DNA from: Octopus sinensis
Lineage: Eukaryota
Assembly: GCF_006345805.1 (NCBI RefSeq)
Contig: NC_043006.1
Location: 12,648,001 to 12,712,000 of the forward strand
Length of the DNA stretch: 64,000 nucleotides
Direction: 5' to 3'
In this document: one piece after another, positions 23,861 through 36,353 of the stretch
Position numbering within the stretch: position 1 is the stretch's first letter
Layout: every line of letters starts with the position of its first letter
Made by a program: the position numbers and the translations under genes
The notes under the pieces: model-generated
Told to the model about the DNA's origin: nothing
What the model saw: only the letters and a program-made list of their open reading frames with translations
Database searches by the model: none

Positions 23861-23921
23861 GATAACTGAAGAGATGGCGGCGTGGATTTCCACCTCGACA
23901 TCCGAAACTCGGATTTTTATC
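23861..23921 (+). ncRNA. Degenerate type I hammerhead motif with long stem II, in a ~125-bp cassette between (TA)n tracts
   Basis: GATAA-CTGAAGA-gatggcggcgtggatttccacctcgacatc-c-GAAAC-tcggattt-TTATC. Stem I GATAA/TTATC. Helix III deviates from the AACTCGAGTT palindrome. Confidence 0.55.
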
Positions 23922-24049
23922 ATGGCTACCGAATAATTGTCACATATTACTTTTACAGATATATATATATATATATATATGTCTGTGCGTGCGTGCATGT
24001 GTGTGCATGCGCACATATGTGAGATTTAACTGGCAGAAATAGGAAGAAT

Positions 24050-24216
24050 GAGTGAGAGAAAGTTGGTGAAAGAGTACAGGGGGATTCACCCCCCCCCCAA
24101 CCGGAGCCTCGTGGAGCTTAGTTGTTTTTGCTCGATAAACACTCACAATGCCCGGTCTGATAATCGAAACCGCGTTCTTACGACCGCGAGTCCGCTGCTC
24201 TAACCATTGCCCCTCC
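24050..24216 (-). mobile_element. SINE C head and middle fragment
   Basis: Homologous to the family C head and middle. Confidence 0.8.
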
Positions 24217-25313
24217 ACTACTGCTGTTGCTGTTGTTGTTGTTAAGCAACAAGACGGGTAAGGGTGATTAGGTGATGGTCTGGGGCTTAGGGGCGGGAGA
24301 CCCCCAGACCTTGGAAGAAAAAACCTTTGGGCGTCTTGTTGTAATCGAGGGATCTTCGTTGAGGCCCGACACCAGTGGGAGATGGCCCTCGAAGTCAACT
24401 GATGTTGTTGCCCTTTATGGTTGCTTTCAGATTACACATATTTATAATCATATACATATGTATAAACACGCAAAACCACAAACGCGCACGCATGTTTGTA
24501 TGTATGTATGTATATAACATTCTTAAATGTATGTATGATATTTTTGGCTTGATTCTGTGGAACTCCGAAGATTGCCGTTATTTTCATTTTCTGACGATTT
24601 TTTTACCTTAATTAACATCTGCTCTCATGACTGATTTACAGGAATTTTTTTAATAAATGTAAAAATAATAAAATAAAATAAAAATAAAACAACAAACAAT
24701 TTATTGGTCATAGTTCCACTTCATAGTTCTACTTCACTACTTTGGTAACTATCGAACTCTGAGAAAATAAAGAATTATCTGCTCAGATTTCCGTTCTAAT
24801 TCTTTCTACGGTTGTAGCATTCCAATATGTGTAGAAGCCAGTGTTCTGCACCTACTTAAAGGTGAGATATAACCTCTCCTCCTTTACTTCTGAATCATGA
24901 TGATATTGGTTAAGCGGTTGACAATGAGTCAGTCGATGTCGATATATATATAACGTCATACAACAAACTGTTTGATCATACTGCGTTCATATCGATTGCT
25001 TTGATTTTAGTAAACGTCATCCATGCTTGTATGAGATGATCAGAGTGAGGGAAGTTCTTGCTTGAGTTGGCAATTTCCGAATTTAAAAATCTTTCCCTCT
25101 CCTTCTCTTCCCATCTCTCTCTTCCTCTCTCTCCCGCTTTCTCTGTCTGCTTCCCCCTCTCTCTATCCTTCTGTATATATATATATATATACTGGGGAAA
25201 AGTGTGAAGTAAAGAGATAGAATGAAATACGTATACAGATATATAAATACATATACACATATATATATGTATATATTTATAATTTACACACACACGCTCG
25301 CACACATATATGT

Positions 25314-25381
<68 letters not shown>

Positions 25382-25416
25382 CGTGTATGCATATATATAT
25401 ATATATATATATATAT

Positions 25417-25749
25417 GGTGAAGGCACCTGGCTCAGTGGTTGGAGCGTTGGGTTCACAGTCATGAGGTAATGAGTTCGATTTCTCAATCTGAGTGCTGTG
25501 TTCTTGAGCAAGACACTTTATTTCCTGTTGCTCCAGTTCACTCAGCTGTAGAAATGAGTTGTGACGTCACTAGTCCGAAGCTGTATCGGCCCCTTTGCCT
25601 TTCCTTTGAATAACATTGGTGGCGTGGAAAGGGGAGGCTGGTATGCATGAGCGACTGCATGTTTTCCATAAACAACCTTGCCCGGAACTGTGACACAGAG
25701 GGTAGCTTTCTAAATGCAATCCCATGGTTATTCGTTACTGAAGGGAGTC
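25417..25749 (+). mobile_element. SINE family D
   Basis: Homologous to the other D copies. Confidence 0.88.
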
Positions 25750-25772
25750 ATGTATATGTGTAGTTTTATATA

Positions 25773-25823
<51 letters not shown>

Positions 25824-26152
25824 CACGTTTATATATTGGCTAAACTGGCAACATGACCATCCCCAAATACAACAATATATATATATATATATAGATATAT
25901 ATATATATATATATTATATAATATATATATATTATATATATATGCTTGTTGACTATAAATAGTCAAATTTTCCCCAAGAACTTAGTTCAATTTGAAAACC
26001 CCACTAGAATGGACAAAAACGCTAATATATGATATATGATGTATAAAAACATGTAATATATAAATAAATATCAGTAAATATAAAACCATCCGAATTCTGA
26101 GTACCTCATTTCTTCTAATATAAAATACCTGTACATCATCTCCAAACTTCTA

Positions 26153-26207
<55 letters not shown>

Positions 26208-26681
26208 TGAATAGACACAACTCGCAAACAATGCATTCATTTGGTGTCTTAAGTATTTCATATGTGGTTAACACACCATCATATTATTTAAAGTTTCGTG
26301 GGTGCGCAAGACGTCCACATCATTAGCAGCAACGTATCAAGATGGGAAGCTGGAAACCCGTGGTTAGGAAACTAGCTTCTTACTACCCAGAAACTCCTCT
26401 GAGCATATTGTAGCTCTTCCTTATTCTCGTGTAAGGAAAAGATTCACAATCACAATCAACGAAATCTAGTTGCTGCTCCATTGAGCTGTGGGATTGTTTA
26501 TAAAGCATGTCTGTAATATAGAAGCAGGAAAGACTGTATGAGTAAAGTGATTGCTTTCGGTCAGAGAACGTAGCGTTTTAGTGAAAATTCTATATATGCT
26601 ATATATATATGTATATAAATGCTATACATATGCATAGGTATTACACAAACAAATACACACACACACACACACACACACGCG

Positions 26682-26747
<66 letters not shown>

Positions 26748-26837
26748 ACGGGAAGCTTTATGAAAATAAACAAAAGACGAAGGCAGGTGGAATACAAACA
26801 AACAATTGTATTATATCAGGAATATAAATAAAACAAG

Positions 26838-26875
26838 TCTTTTACGTTTCGAGCCGACGCTCTTCAACAGAAAGA
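26838..26875 (-). ncRNA. Hammerhead-like fold with variant core (CUGUUGA)
   Basis: TCTTT-CTGTTGA-a-GAGC(gtcg)GCTC-GAAAC-GTA-AAAGA. Stems I and II pair perfectly, but A6 of the CUGANGA core is T. Confidence 0.5.
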
Positions 26876-26919
26876 TACACAGAAAAGAAACACGGAGAGA
26901 AACAAGGAGAGAAAATATA

Positions 26920-26948
26920 TATATATAATATTATATATATATATATAT

Positions 26949-27012
<64 letters not shown>

Positions 27013-27020
27013 TATATATG

Positions 27021-27067
<47 letters not shown>

Positions 27068-27133
27068 ATATGTATGTATATATTATATATATATATATAT
27101 AATATATATATATGTATGTGTATATATGTATGA

Positions 27134-27170
<37 letters not shown>
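26920..27170. repeat. Long (TA)n/(TATG)n tract
   Basis: Read directly from the sequence. Confidence 0.95.
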
Positions 27171-27176
<6 letters not shown>

Positions 27177-27442
27177 ATAGAGGGCATTATTACACATAAA
27201 TGCCCACACTAAGAGGGACAAAGTCATACTACTACCAAAATTACACTAATCATACCTAAATGCAGTTCTTCAAAGCATGACATTTAAAAAATGAATTTAG
27301 TTCTGTATCACCGGGATTTCACATTTAACTTACGTCTATGATCCTCAGCAGAACTGATTCTGAATTAGTGTAATTTTGGTAGTAATGACTTTGTCCCTCT
27401 TAGTGTGAGGCATTTATGTGTAATAATGCCCTCTATACAATA
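27171..27442. mobile_element. Fold-back element with ~80-bp inverted arms (Penelope inverted pseudo-LTR-like)
   Basis: Arms 27171-27250 and 27364-27442 are near-perfect reverse complements; the spacer contains a hammerhead motif. Confidence 0.75.
27299..27355 (-). ncRNA. Type I hammerhead motif
   Basis: AGTTCTG-CTGAGGA-tcatagacgtaagttaaatgt-GAAA-tcccggtga-TA-CAGAACT. Perfect 7-bp stem I; helix III one base short of the ATCACCGGTGAT palindrome; stem II weak. Confidence 0.6.
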
Positions 27443-27556
27443 TAGATAATTAATTTGTTCAAAAGAAAAAAATTATTTTCGAATTCTTTTCTTTATGAGG
27501 TCTTTCACGCTAACTACCTGATAATTTCTTATTAAGAAGTTATCCTTAATGTTAAA

Positions 27557-27629
<73 letters not shown>

Positions 27630-27806
27630 TTACGGAATGGAGTAGAAAGAAAATGCGGGTACTTAGGTTACATATGATTTTTACCTCAGAAGTGGTAAAG
27701 TCAAAGCGAAGTGTATATACCGCCGGCTACTCTTCAGGTCAAGGAGATCTTCATTAGATTAAAGGTGACACTGTCGTAAGGAGGTACACAAAGAGGATTC
27801 AATCCT

Positions 27807-28115
27807 GTGAAGGTGCGCGGCTTAGTGGTTAGGGCATTCGGCTCACGATTGTAAGGTCGTGAGTTCGATTACCGGCGATGCGTGGTGTCCTTGAGCAAGA
27901 CACTTTATGTCACGTTGCTCCAGTCCACTCAGCTGGCAAAAAAGAGTTGTACCTGTATTTCAAAGTGCTGGCCTCTTCACACTCTGTTTCAAGCTCAATC
28001 TCCCTGAGAACTACGTTAGGGGTACACGTGTCTGTGGATTGCTCAGTCACTTGCACGTTAATTTCTCGAGCAAGCTGTTCCGCTGATCGTATCAGCAGGG
28101 ACCCACGGAGTGCTC
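27807..28115 (+). mobile_element. Chimeric SINE: D/F head and central domain + C1 tail
   Basis: ttgagcaagacactttat...ccactcagctggcaaaaa followed by gttgtacctgtatttcaaag...gagaactacgtta.ggtacacgtgtctgtgg...cggagtgct. Confidence 0.8.
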
Positions 28116-28116
28116 T

Positions 28117-28168
<52 letters not shown>

Positions 28169-28376
28169 AATAGATGAGTGTATTTTTACCTTGTTAACGA
28201 GTTTCGTTTTTTTCACTTTCCTGAGAAGATTGCATTGTTTATACCATTTATTCTTTTGAATAGTATCAGTGGAATTTTCGAAACATGTGTCGAAAGTAAA
28301 AATATTTGATTACACCTGCGTTAAACTCCATTTATTTATTCATATATATATATATATAATATATATATATATATAT

Positions 28377-28411
<35 letters not shown>

Positions 28412-28830
28412 ATATTGTGTGTGTACAAATGGATGTACGCCCTTGTGATTAGATTATTATATAGATGGATAGATAGCTAGATAGATAGATAAACACGCAT
28501 AAAAATTTGGAGATGCGTGTTCGTTTATGCATTAAGGAGAGTGTGTCTGAGTGTATATTTATGCCTTGTAAACGCATTGGTGATAATGCGTCATAATGTA
28601 ATAGTTCACGAAATGCATATTCATAAGATAAGTACTAAAGTTTACAGCAATTACTGCGGTTCATACTCTTGTCTACATCACTGAACATCGTATACCAGCA
28701 TGGCCGTAATTCAATAATACAAGAATAATTGAATGCAAATATATAAGAAGCGTACTTAATTTAATTATTTATATATAATCATAATCGTAAAAATTACCAT
28801 ATCGTAGAAGCTTATATGCGTGACACAACT

Positions 28831-29250
28831 AAGGCGGCGAGCTGGCAGAACGTTAGCATGCCGGGCGAAATGCTTTGCAGTGTTTCGTCTGTCGCTACGA
28901 TCTGAGTTCAAATTCCACCGAGGTTGACTTTGCCTTTCAACCTTTCGGGGTCGATTAAATAAGTACCAGTTACGTACTGGGGTCGATATAATCGACTTAA
29001 TCCCTTTGTCTGTCCTTGTTTGTGCCCTCTGTGTGTAGCCCCTTGGGGGCAATAAAGAAATAAGAATCCTTAACACGCTGGGCATCATGCTTAGCAGTAT
29101 TTCGTCCAGCTTTATGTTCTGGGTTCATATACCACCGAGGTCAACGTAGCCTTTCATCCTTTCCGAGTCGATAAAAATGTATCAGTTGCTCACCCACAAA
29201 ATTACCCCATCCCACAAAATTTCTGGCCTTGAGTCAAAATTTGAGATCTA
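28831..29250 (+). mobile_element. Young SINE B (28831-29063) abutting an old B copy that lacks its first ~18 nt
   Basis: Tail aaagaaataag joins aatccttaacacgctggg, the old head continuation. Confidence 0.8.
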
Positions 29251-30347
29251 TAAGTTTGACACAACTGACTCTTTAATTACACTTTGATTACACTTCCGCT
29301 TAGTATTTGCATATTCACACATACAAATGCAAACATGTGTTCTAGGGTTTGACTTTAAACTGCAACCAGTGGTGGGTCTCCGGTTCGGGAACTCGTGGGT
29401 TTTGAGGAACGTTGAAACATTGTTACTCTTAGCTACTGTTTTGACCAAGTCTACTCCGATCCTTATTAGTAGTATCTCTCAGTGTCCAGCCATCCCATGT
29501 ATGATTTAATTAACATGAAATGGAAAAATTTCTAAGCCCAATCCCTCACTGTGCTGTGAGTGCCTCGGGAAGGGAAAAGTGCAGACAGCCTTGACTCCAA
29601 GTGCAGAGCCCCTCAGGAAGTTTGGTGCCCTCTTTGATACCCTTCGGCAACTCCAGAGTAGGTAGAGCCCTCTAGCGCCTAAGGAAAGGCTACCCCAGAA
29701 AAGGCGCCTAAGAAAAGGCTACACATGCAGCTTAATGGTCACTACAGGCGTCTTAGCCTGTTGAGCCATTGTGATCAGATCTCCAAGTCTAAAGTGTGAG
29801 ATCCAATGGAACAGATCAACTCTCACTTTCACACTACAAAGCGCGAAAGGAAACAAAGCCCTGCTGTGTCAAGTATCGATTTACATAGTTATCTATATTC
29901 ATAAGATCTTAGAATTCATTTTATTCTGATAGCGAAATAATTAATTCATTTACTATTGTTTAAGTAGTTTTATAGTTGTATCTGAGTTTATAAATTAATT
30001 ATCAACTGATTCACAATTAATAATTGTTATATATAACGAAGCAAGTATTTAATATACTAAGATACAATTAAAAGTGTTCAAACAAGAGCAGACAAAGCGA
30101 GAGAGAAACAGACAGTTAAACAGCTTAAAACATTGATGTGACAAACTTTGCTACCTCTTGAAATTTTTCCTTTCCCATCTCATCGTATTTAAATCATCAG
30201 TTTCAAATTTATCTTGCTAGACAAATGTAACTTATAAATACACCCCTTGTGTACCCTTCTTAGATGGGTAGTTATGATGGGTATATTGGCCTTTGCATAT
30301 TTGTACCCCAGTACCACTTTGATGCTATGTGCTGCTCTCACTCACTC

Positions 30348-30416
<69 letters not shown>

Positions 30417-30417
<1 letters not shown>

Positions 30418-30738
30418 GACGAGATATAGTTTCAAAATACAAAGACCTGGAAATAGAGGTAACCAGAATGAGGAATCTAAAAACAGAAACAATTCCTATC
30501 ATAGTAGGTGCATTAGGCATGATAAAAAAATATTCAGACAAATACATAACAAAAACACCAGGACTTACAAACACATATAACATACAGAAAATAGCACTAC
30601 TAGGCACTGCACACATCCTACGCAGAACACTTTCCATACAATAACCATCAGAGCATCACAACAAATCACAGCACATACCCAAGGCACACAGAGCTGCGCT
30701 CGGTAGTGAAGTGAAAACACGCTATAAAAATAAAACTA

Positions 30739-30741
<3 letters not shown>
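30417..30741 (+). mobile_element. 3' end of an R4/Dong-like non-LTR retrotransposon flanked by (AAT)n (30348-30416 and 30742-30809)
   Basis: Encodes KYKDLEIEVTRM...PIIVGALG...IQKIALLGTAHILRRTL*, the C-terminus of the restriction-like endonuclease domain, followed by a 3' UTR. Confidence 0.88.
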
Positions 30742-30810
<69 letters not shown>

Positions 30811-30813
<3 letters not shown>

Positions 30814-31131
30814 GGTACTCAGAGAGCGCAAACCTCCGCCAAGGTAACACCAACGTTCTCTCAACGATTAATCGGAGATGATTTTGAAAATGAGAATATC
30901 TGAAATGAACCAGAACGATCTAAAACATTAAGTGAAAAAAGAAAACGGAAAAATAATCCAGAATCCTTGTATGATACTGGATCGATCCAAAATCAATTTC
31001 GTGCCAGTCAGGAGACTAAACATCCCTGAAAGTTTCATCCAAATCCATCCAGCACTTTTTGTGATTTCTTGTCCATGGACAAACAAACACGACTGAAAAC
31101 AATACCTCTGCCTTCGCTAAGGCTGAGGTAA
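30811..31131 (+). mobile_element. Non-autonomous Helentron/DINE-like element
   Basis: Subterminal acctccgccaagg near the 5' end; 3' hairpin acctctgcctt-cgct-aaggctgaggt at ~31104-31129; internal aagtttcatccaaatcc. Class inferred from this architecture. Confidence 0.6.
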
Positions 31132-31149
31132 TAAAAAGAAATTATCGAT

Positions 31150-32600
31150 AGCCTGCCTAAACTATAAAAAAGCTTTTGATAGTCTACCACATAGTTGAAT
31201 TAAGAAATGTCTGGAAATATATAAAATAGCACCTATTCTGCGAAACTTCTTGTCTGTAAGTATGAGATTATGGAGAAACACACTGACTTTGAACAGTGAC
31301 AATGAATGTCTTAATGCTGGAGATGTATGAATTTCATGTGGCATTTTCTAAGGTGACTCTCTATCACCACTCCGCTTTCGTCTAGCCTTAATACCTCTCT
31401 CGAAATTGCTCGATGAATACAATATGGCTGTGAAATGTTTGATAAAAATATAAATCATCTCTTTAACATGAAGGATTTAAAGTTCTTTGCAAAAAATGAC
31501 GAACAACTACAGGGCTTACTAGTAATTGTTAAACAATTCAGTGATGACATCAGGATGCAGTTTGGCCTCGATAAAAGTGCAAAGGAAAACTGACAGAAAC
31601 ATCCAACATTAATCTTGACCAGCAGAATGTCATAAAGGAGTTAGAACCAGCGGAGGGCTATAAATACATAGGGGTATTTCAAGGTGATGGAATCAAGCAT
31701 TCAATGATGAGGGAAAGGATAAGAAGAGAATGTTATCGAAGGGTAAGGTCAATACTCAGGACAGAGCTGAATGCAGGAAACAGGATCGAAGCGATAAATA
31801 CTTTAGCCATACAGGTCGTGATTTACAGTTTCAATATCATTAACAGGTGAGTTACTGAAATACGTAATCTTGACAGAAAAATACGAAAATTGTTGACATT
31901 GCATAGAATGCACCACGTTAAGGCAGATATAGAACGACTTTACCTGCCAAGAAAAGAGGGTGGCCGTGGAATTTTACAACTGGAATTAACAATGAAGATT
32001 GCCACAATTGGCCTAAACACCTCTTTACTCTTTACTCTTTTACTTGTTTCAGTCATTTGACTGCGGCCATGCTGGAGCACCGCCTTTAGTCGAGCAACTC
32101 GACCCCGGGACTTATTCTTTTTGTAAGCCCAGTACTTATTCTATCGGTCTCTTTTTGCCGAATCGCTAAGTGACGGGGACGTAAACACACCAGCATCGGT
32201 TGTCAAGCAATGCTAGGGGAACAAACACAGACACACAAACACACACACACACATATATATGTATACATATATACGACAGGCTTCTTTCAGTTTCCGTCTA
32301 CCAAATCCACTCACAAGGCATTGGTCGGCCCGGGGCTATAGCAGAAGACACTTGCCCAAGATGCCACGCAGTGGGACTGAACCCGGAAACATGTGGTTGG
32401 TTAGCAAGCTACTTACCACACAGCCACTCCTGCGCCTATGGAAAACTCATGGAAAACTCTAATGAGTGGATGTTAAAACTTGTCTTAAAGCAAGAAAATA
32501 AGAAAACATCATACTCAGTAATAAAACAGGTGAAGGAATATCTAAGTGAATTCCAAATTCAACAAATCCCAGAATTAGATGTACTGGAAACAGTGTGTCG
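31150..32600 (+). mobile_element. Decayed R4/Dong-like RT fragment interrupted by SINE A (32021-32438)
   Basis: KAFDSLPH, GIF*GDSLSPL, FSDDIRMQFGLDK, TELNAGNRIEAINTLA, RKIRKLLT...HHVKADIERLYLPRKEGGRG, then ENSNEWMLKLVLKQE after the SINE. Confidence 0.88.
32021..32438 (-). mobile_element. SINE family A
   Basis: Full length; same subfamily as 11575 and 36707. Confidence 0.92.
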
Positions 32601-32687
32601 CCTGAGATCTACTTCCCATTTCTTCATGCTACAACTAAGTAATCATTCTTCTTCTTCTTCTTCTTCTTTTTCTTCTTCTTCTTCTTC

Positions 32688-32720
<33 letters not shown>

Positions 32721-32722
<2 letters not shown>

Positions 32723-32870
32723 CAGTAGTTTTATTTTTATAGCATGCTTTCACTTCACTACCGAGCGCAGCTCTGTGTGCCTTGGGTATGTGCTGTGATT
32801 TATTGTGATGCTCTGATGGTTATTGTATGGAAAGTGTTCTGCGTAGGATGTGTGCAGTGCCTAGTAGTGC
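32721..32870 (-). mobile_element. 3' end of an R4/Dong-like element in (ATT)n
   Basis: Near-identical to 12341-12490; (ATT)n on both sides. Confidence 0.88.
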
Positions 32871-34462
32871 ATATTATTATTATTATTATTATTCTAATTA
32901 TTATTATTATTTGTAGTAGTAGTAATATTGGTGTTGTGGTTCTTGTATTATGGTTTGTAATTTAGACATGTGACCAACGAGTTGCCAGAGAGGGTGTTAG
33001 TCGACTGCACTAACTCCAGTACTTGACTGCTTCCTATATTTCTTCGAACATGAAAGGGATGAAAGGCAAACTTAACCAAGGAAGGGATTTAAAGGTGGAA
33101 CATAACGAAATGGAATAAATACCTAAGAGTAATATGACCATCGTATTACGATATTATTTACTACCGCCCGCTAAAACACAGATGTCTGAACTGACTTCAT
33201 TTTCGGAGCTCACTGCTTTCTGGGTCTTTGTGTGTGTGATCTATTTCGTTATGGAGAGGCAACTAGAGAGATGATAATATTGTTACACATATGTATGTTT
33301 GGAAATATTCTGTCTTCGTCAAAATGACAGGAAAAAAAATAACACGCGCTTCATATAATATAGATAAAGATAGATATGATAGCCACGTTTTCCTCGTCAT
33401 AGTATTATTGTTTTATCAGAAATGCTAAATATTTTCTTTTGTCTGTTTATATTTTTTTTATTTGTTATCTTGTATTTTTTATTTTAACTTTTGCTGTGTT
33501 TTTATTGCTGTGTTTTTATGCATCTACATAAAGTTTTGTGCAGAGAAAAATATATTCCTGGACAATTCTTTCTGGATTTATCTTTATCAGCAAAATGGTG
33601 ACAAAAAAAAAAAAAAAACGAGAAAAGCAAACTGATCGATCATTGATAACACCAAATCGATAAAATTCTACTACTTTCTATCTTCCGGCGCTAGATAGAA
33701 ATAGAGAATGAAATGCTTCGTTCAATCTTGATATCAGCTGAGTTTTAAAGAATTTATTCTTTCTAGGCGTGTAATTTCTGAAGTCAATACGACCTCGCAT
33801 TTTGCCTATGCTTTTTGTGTGTGTATTACAAGCCATGCATTTGAATACAGTGTAAACATTTCAAATTATTTATGTGCATATCAGTTTCTCCAACCGAAGC
33901 AGTTGCCACTATTTCATTTTATTTTCCATCAATGACCGTTTTAGATAGCTTTAGCCGTTTTGCATCGTATTTCTCTTGACATACGCAGTTTTTGTTTCAA
34001 TAAATTTTGAAAACAATAATTTATTTAAATATCTTTGTTGTTATTTTAGCTGGTGTTTGGAACATAAATTAGTAAAGAATCTTCACAGAAACTATTAAGA
34101 TGTCTTTAAATCGGGAAGTTCGTATCATAGAACCAGGACTGGTTTCCGGAGGGTTGATAACAAAAGTGTTAATCATTTTGACACCAATATTCATATCATG
34201 AATATCTAATACAGGTACAACATCGATTTTCCAGAACCTTTGGTTCGAATGTCTTTGATTTCTGATTTATCCAAACCAACGGAGATCGCTTCTAAATTAA
34301 GCAAATATTGAATTTCTATATATTTAGTTTACACTAATATAACTAAATATATTAGTTTACACTAATATAAATTAGTTTACACTAAATATATTAAAATATA
34401 TTTAGTGCAAAATATATTAGTGTAAAATATATTAGTTTACACTAATATAAATTAATGTAAAC

Positions 34463-34990
34463 TATGGTGGCTGTCCCCTCATTATCGAGTATGGCCATTG
34501 CACGAAGCTTAATCAATGTTGCTATCGTGCAATGCCTGTGCAAGAAGATTTTTTTAAAGTAAGGAAAGGCTGTGAACTGAGTCAATCCCACTCACTAAGC
34601 AACAGCAGTCATAATCCGAAAAGAACAACAAGTCAAAATCATCGGTAACCACTGAGCCGCAGGTTTTATGTCAGAGTTATCCCAGTTACCTGAGTTACCT
34701 TCTCCTAGAAGGATGCCCTAGCAAAGGCTAGGAGTCCTTCACTCCCAATGGTTAACCGCGCGATCGGGTATTCAGTCCGATTATTTCTATGTCCCCGCGC
34801 ATGATACAGCCTTAAGAGAATTTATTCGATGGCAGTTGACTCTCAAGAGTTCCTCCGCCCTTTGACGGGTTTTGTTTTTCATCCCGCAGGGTGTCCAACA
34901 AACACCCTCCTCCCCAAGCAAGCTTGGTGGGTTTGCCGGTTTAGTCGCCGACGACCCGACCATGCAACAGGTTGTACTGGGTTACATGTT
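34463..34990 (-). mobile_element. Internally deleted RTE-like element (second family)
   Basis: Minus strand has the 5'-UTR-like ggcatccttctaggagaaggtaactc...ataaaacc and the end ggccatactcgataatgaggggacagccacc. Assignment from recalled motifs. Confidence 0.5.
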
Positions 34991-35962
34991 ACCAGTAGCA
35001 CTCGAAAGTGACCTGACATAATGTAAACTATACAAACTATTATACAAATATATTTATACTGTACTCTGTAACGTGGTGTGAGACAGAGCTGCGCAGTTTC
35101 TGGCGGCCATGTTGATTTGATATCCCTGCTCGAAAATAAGAGTTTATGGACGATCAGTGATGGTGCTGTACCTGTGCAGGCGGCTTCAAACAATGTACCG
35201 CAGGTGTGCTGATATTTTAAAAACAATTTAAGCTTTTTAGAATATTCATTCCTTGGCTAGCTCACATTGAAAAACGTTCTAATAATAATTCTTTACGAAG
35301 AGTTACCGTGTTCAAGTAAATTTTTCACAAGATCGCTTGTATGTCACAATGTAAAGATCATTGCGTGATCTGATATATCATACACGTTTCGTGAGTGTGC
35401 GTGTGCGTGTGTGCGTGTGTGCGTGTGTGCGTGTGTGCGTTATTGAACTTCTGTAAAAATCTCCCATACATGAGCTAGAGTAATGTTATGCTGTAAGTGG
35501 TCAACTAGTAAGGTCATTAAAATATCCGCTCAATAAGCTCCAAGTTCAAATCTCACTGAAATCAACCTTATCTTTTATCCTCGCGGGGTCGATAAATAAA
35601 GTCCTAACTATGTACTTGGGGTGATTCTTGTCTTTCTCTTTCCCTAAAATTGTCACATTAGGAGTGGGATGTGGCCCATCGGTCTAAATACTCAAGAAAT
35701 GCCATATGTCACCACAGTACTCCTACGACACCATTTAGCGTCTGAGACTGAGACAAAGCGAGTTAAAAGGCTATAACCCATGGAGAATAGCTTAAGCAAG
35801 AATGTTAATGAAATTTAATGAACATATGCCTAAAATTACGCAAACACTTTTTTTGCATGTTATCGTATCTTCATAGTTTACGTATTTTTCGCGACTACTT
35901 CATAAAAATTGTCCTGGATAATGAGATGACGTATTGGAGGAAAACTTCAACAATTACTAACA

Positions 35963-36353
35963 TAGGAGCAGGAGTGGCTGTGTGGTAAGTAGCTTGCTTA
36001 CCAACCACATGCTTTCGGGTTCAGTCCCACTGCACGGCACCTTGGGCAAGTGTCTTCTACTATAGGCTCGAGTCGACCAAAGCCTTGTGAGTGGATTTGG
36101 CAGATTTGGTAGACGGAAACTGAAAGAAGCCGGTCGTATATATGTATATATATATATGTGTGTGTGTGTATGTTTGTGTGTCTGTGTTTGTCCCCCTAAC
36201 ATTGCTTGACAACCGATGCCGGTGTGATTACGTCCCCGTAACTTAGCGGTTCGGCAAAAGAAACCGATAGAATAAGTCCTGGGGTCGATTTGCTCCACTA
36301 AAGTCGGTGCTCCAGTATGACCGCAGTAAGATGACTGAAACAAGTAAAAGAGT
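35963..36353 (+). mobile_element. SINE family A, full length
   Basis: Head taggagcaggagtggctgtgtggtaag; tail gactgaaacaagtaaaagagt. Confidence 0.92.

Noticed and set aside
31150-32870. Twin-priming inversion linking the RT fragment and the adjacent inverted 3' end
   Set aside because: The pieces converge 3'-to-3', whereas twin priming gives divergent orientation; independent insertions are more likely.
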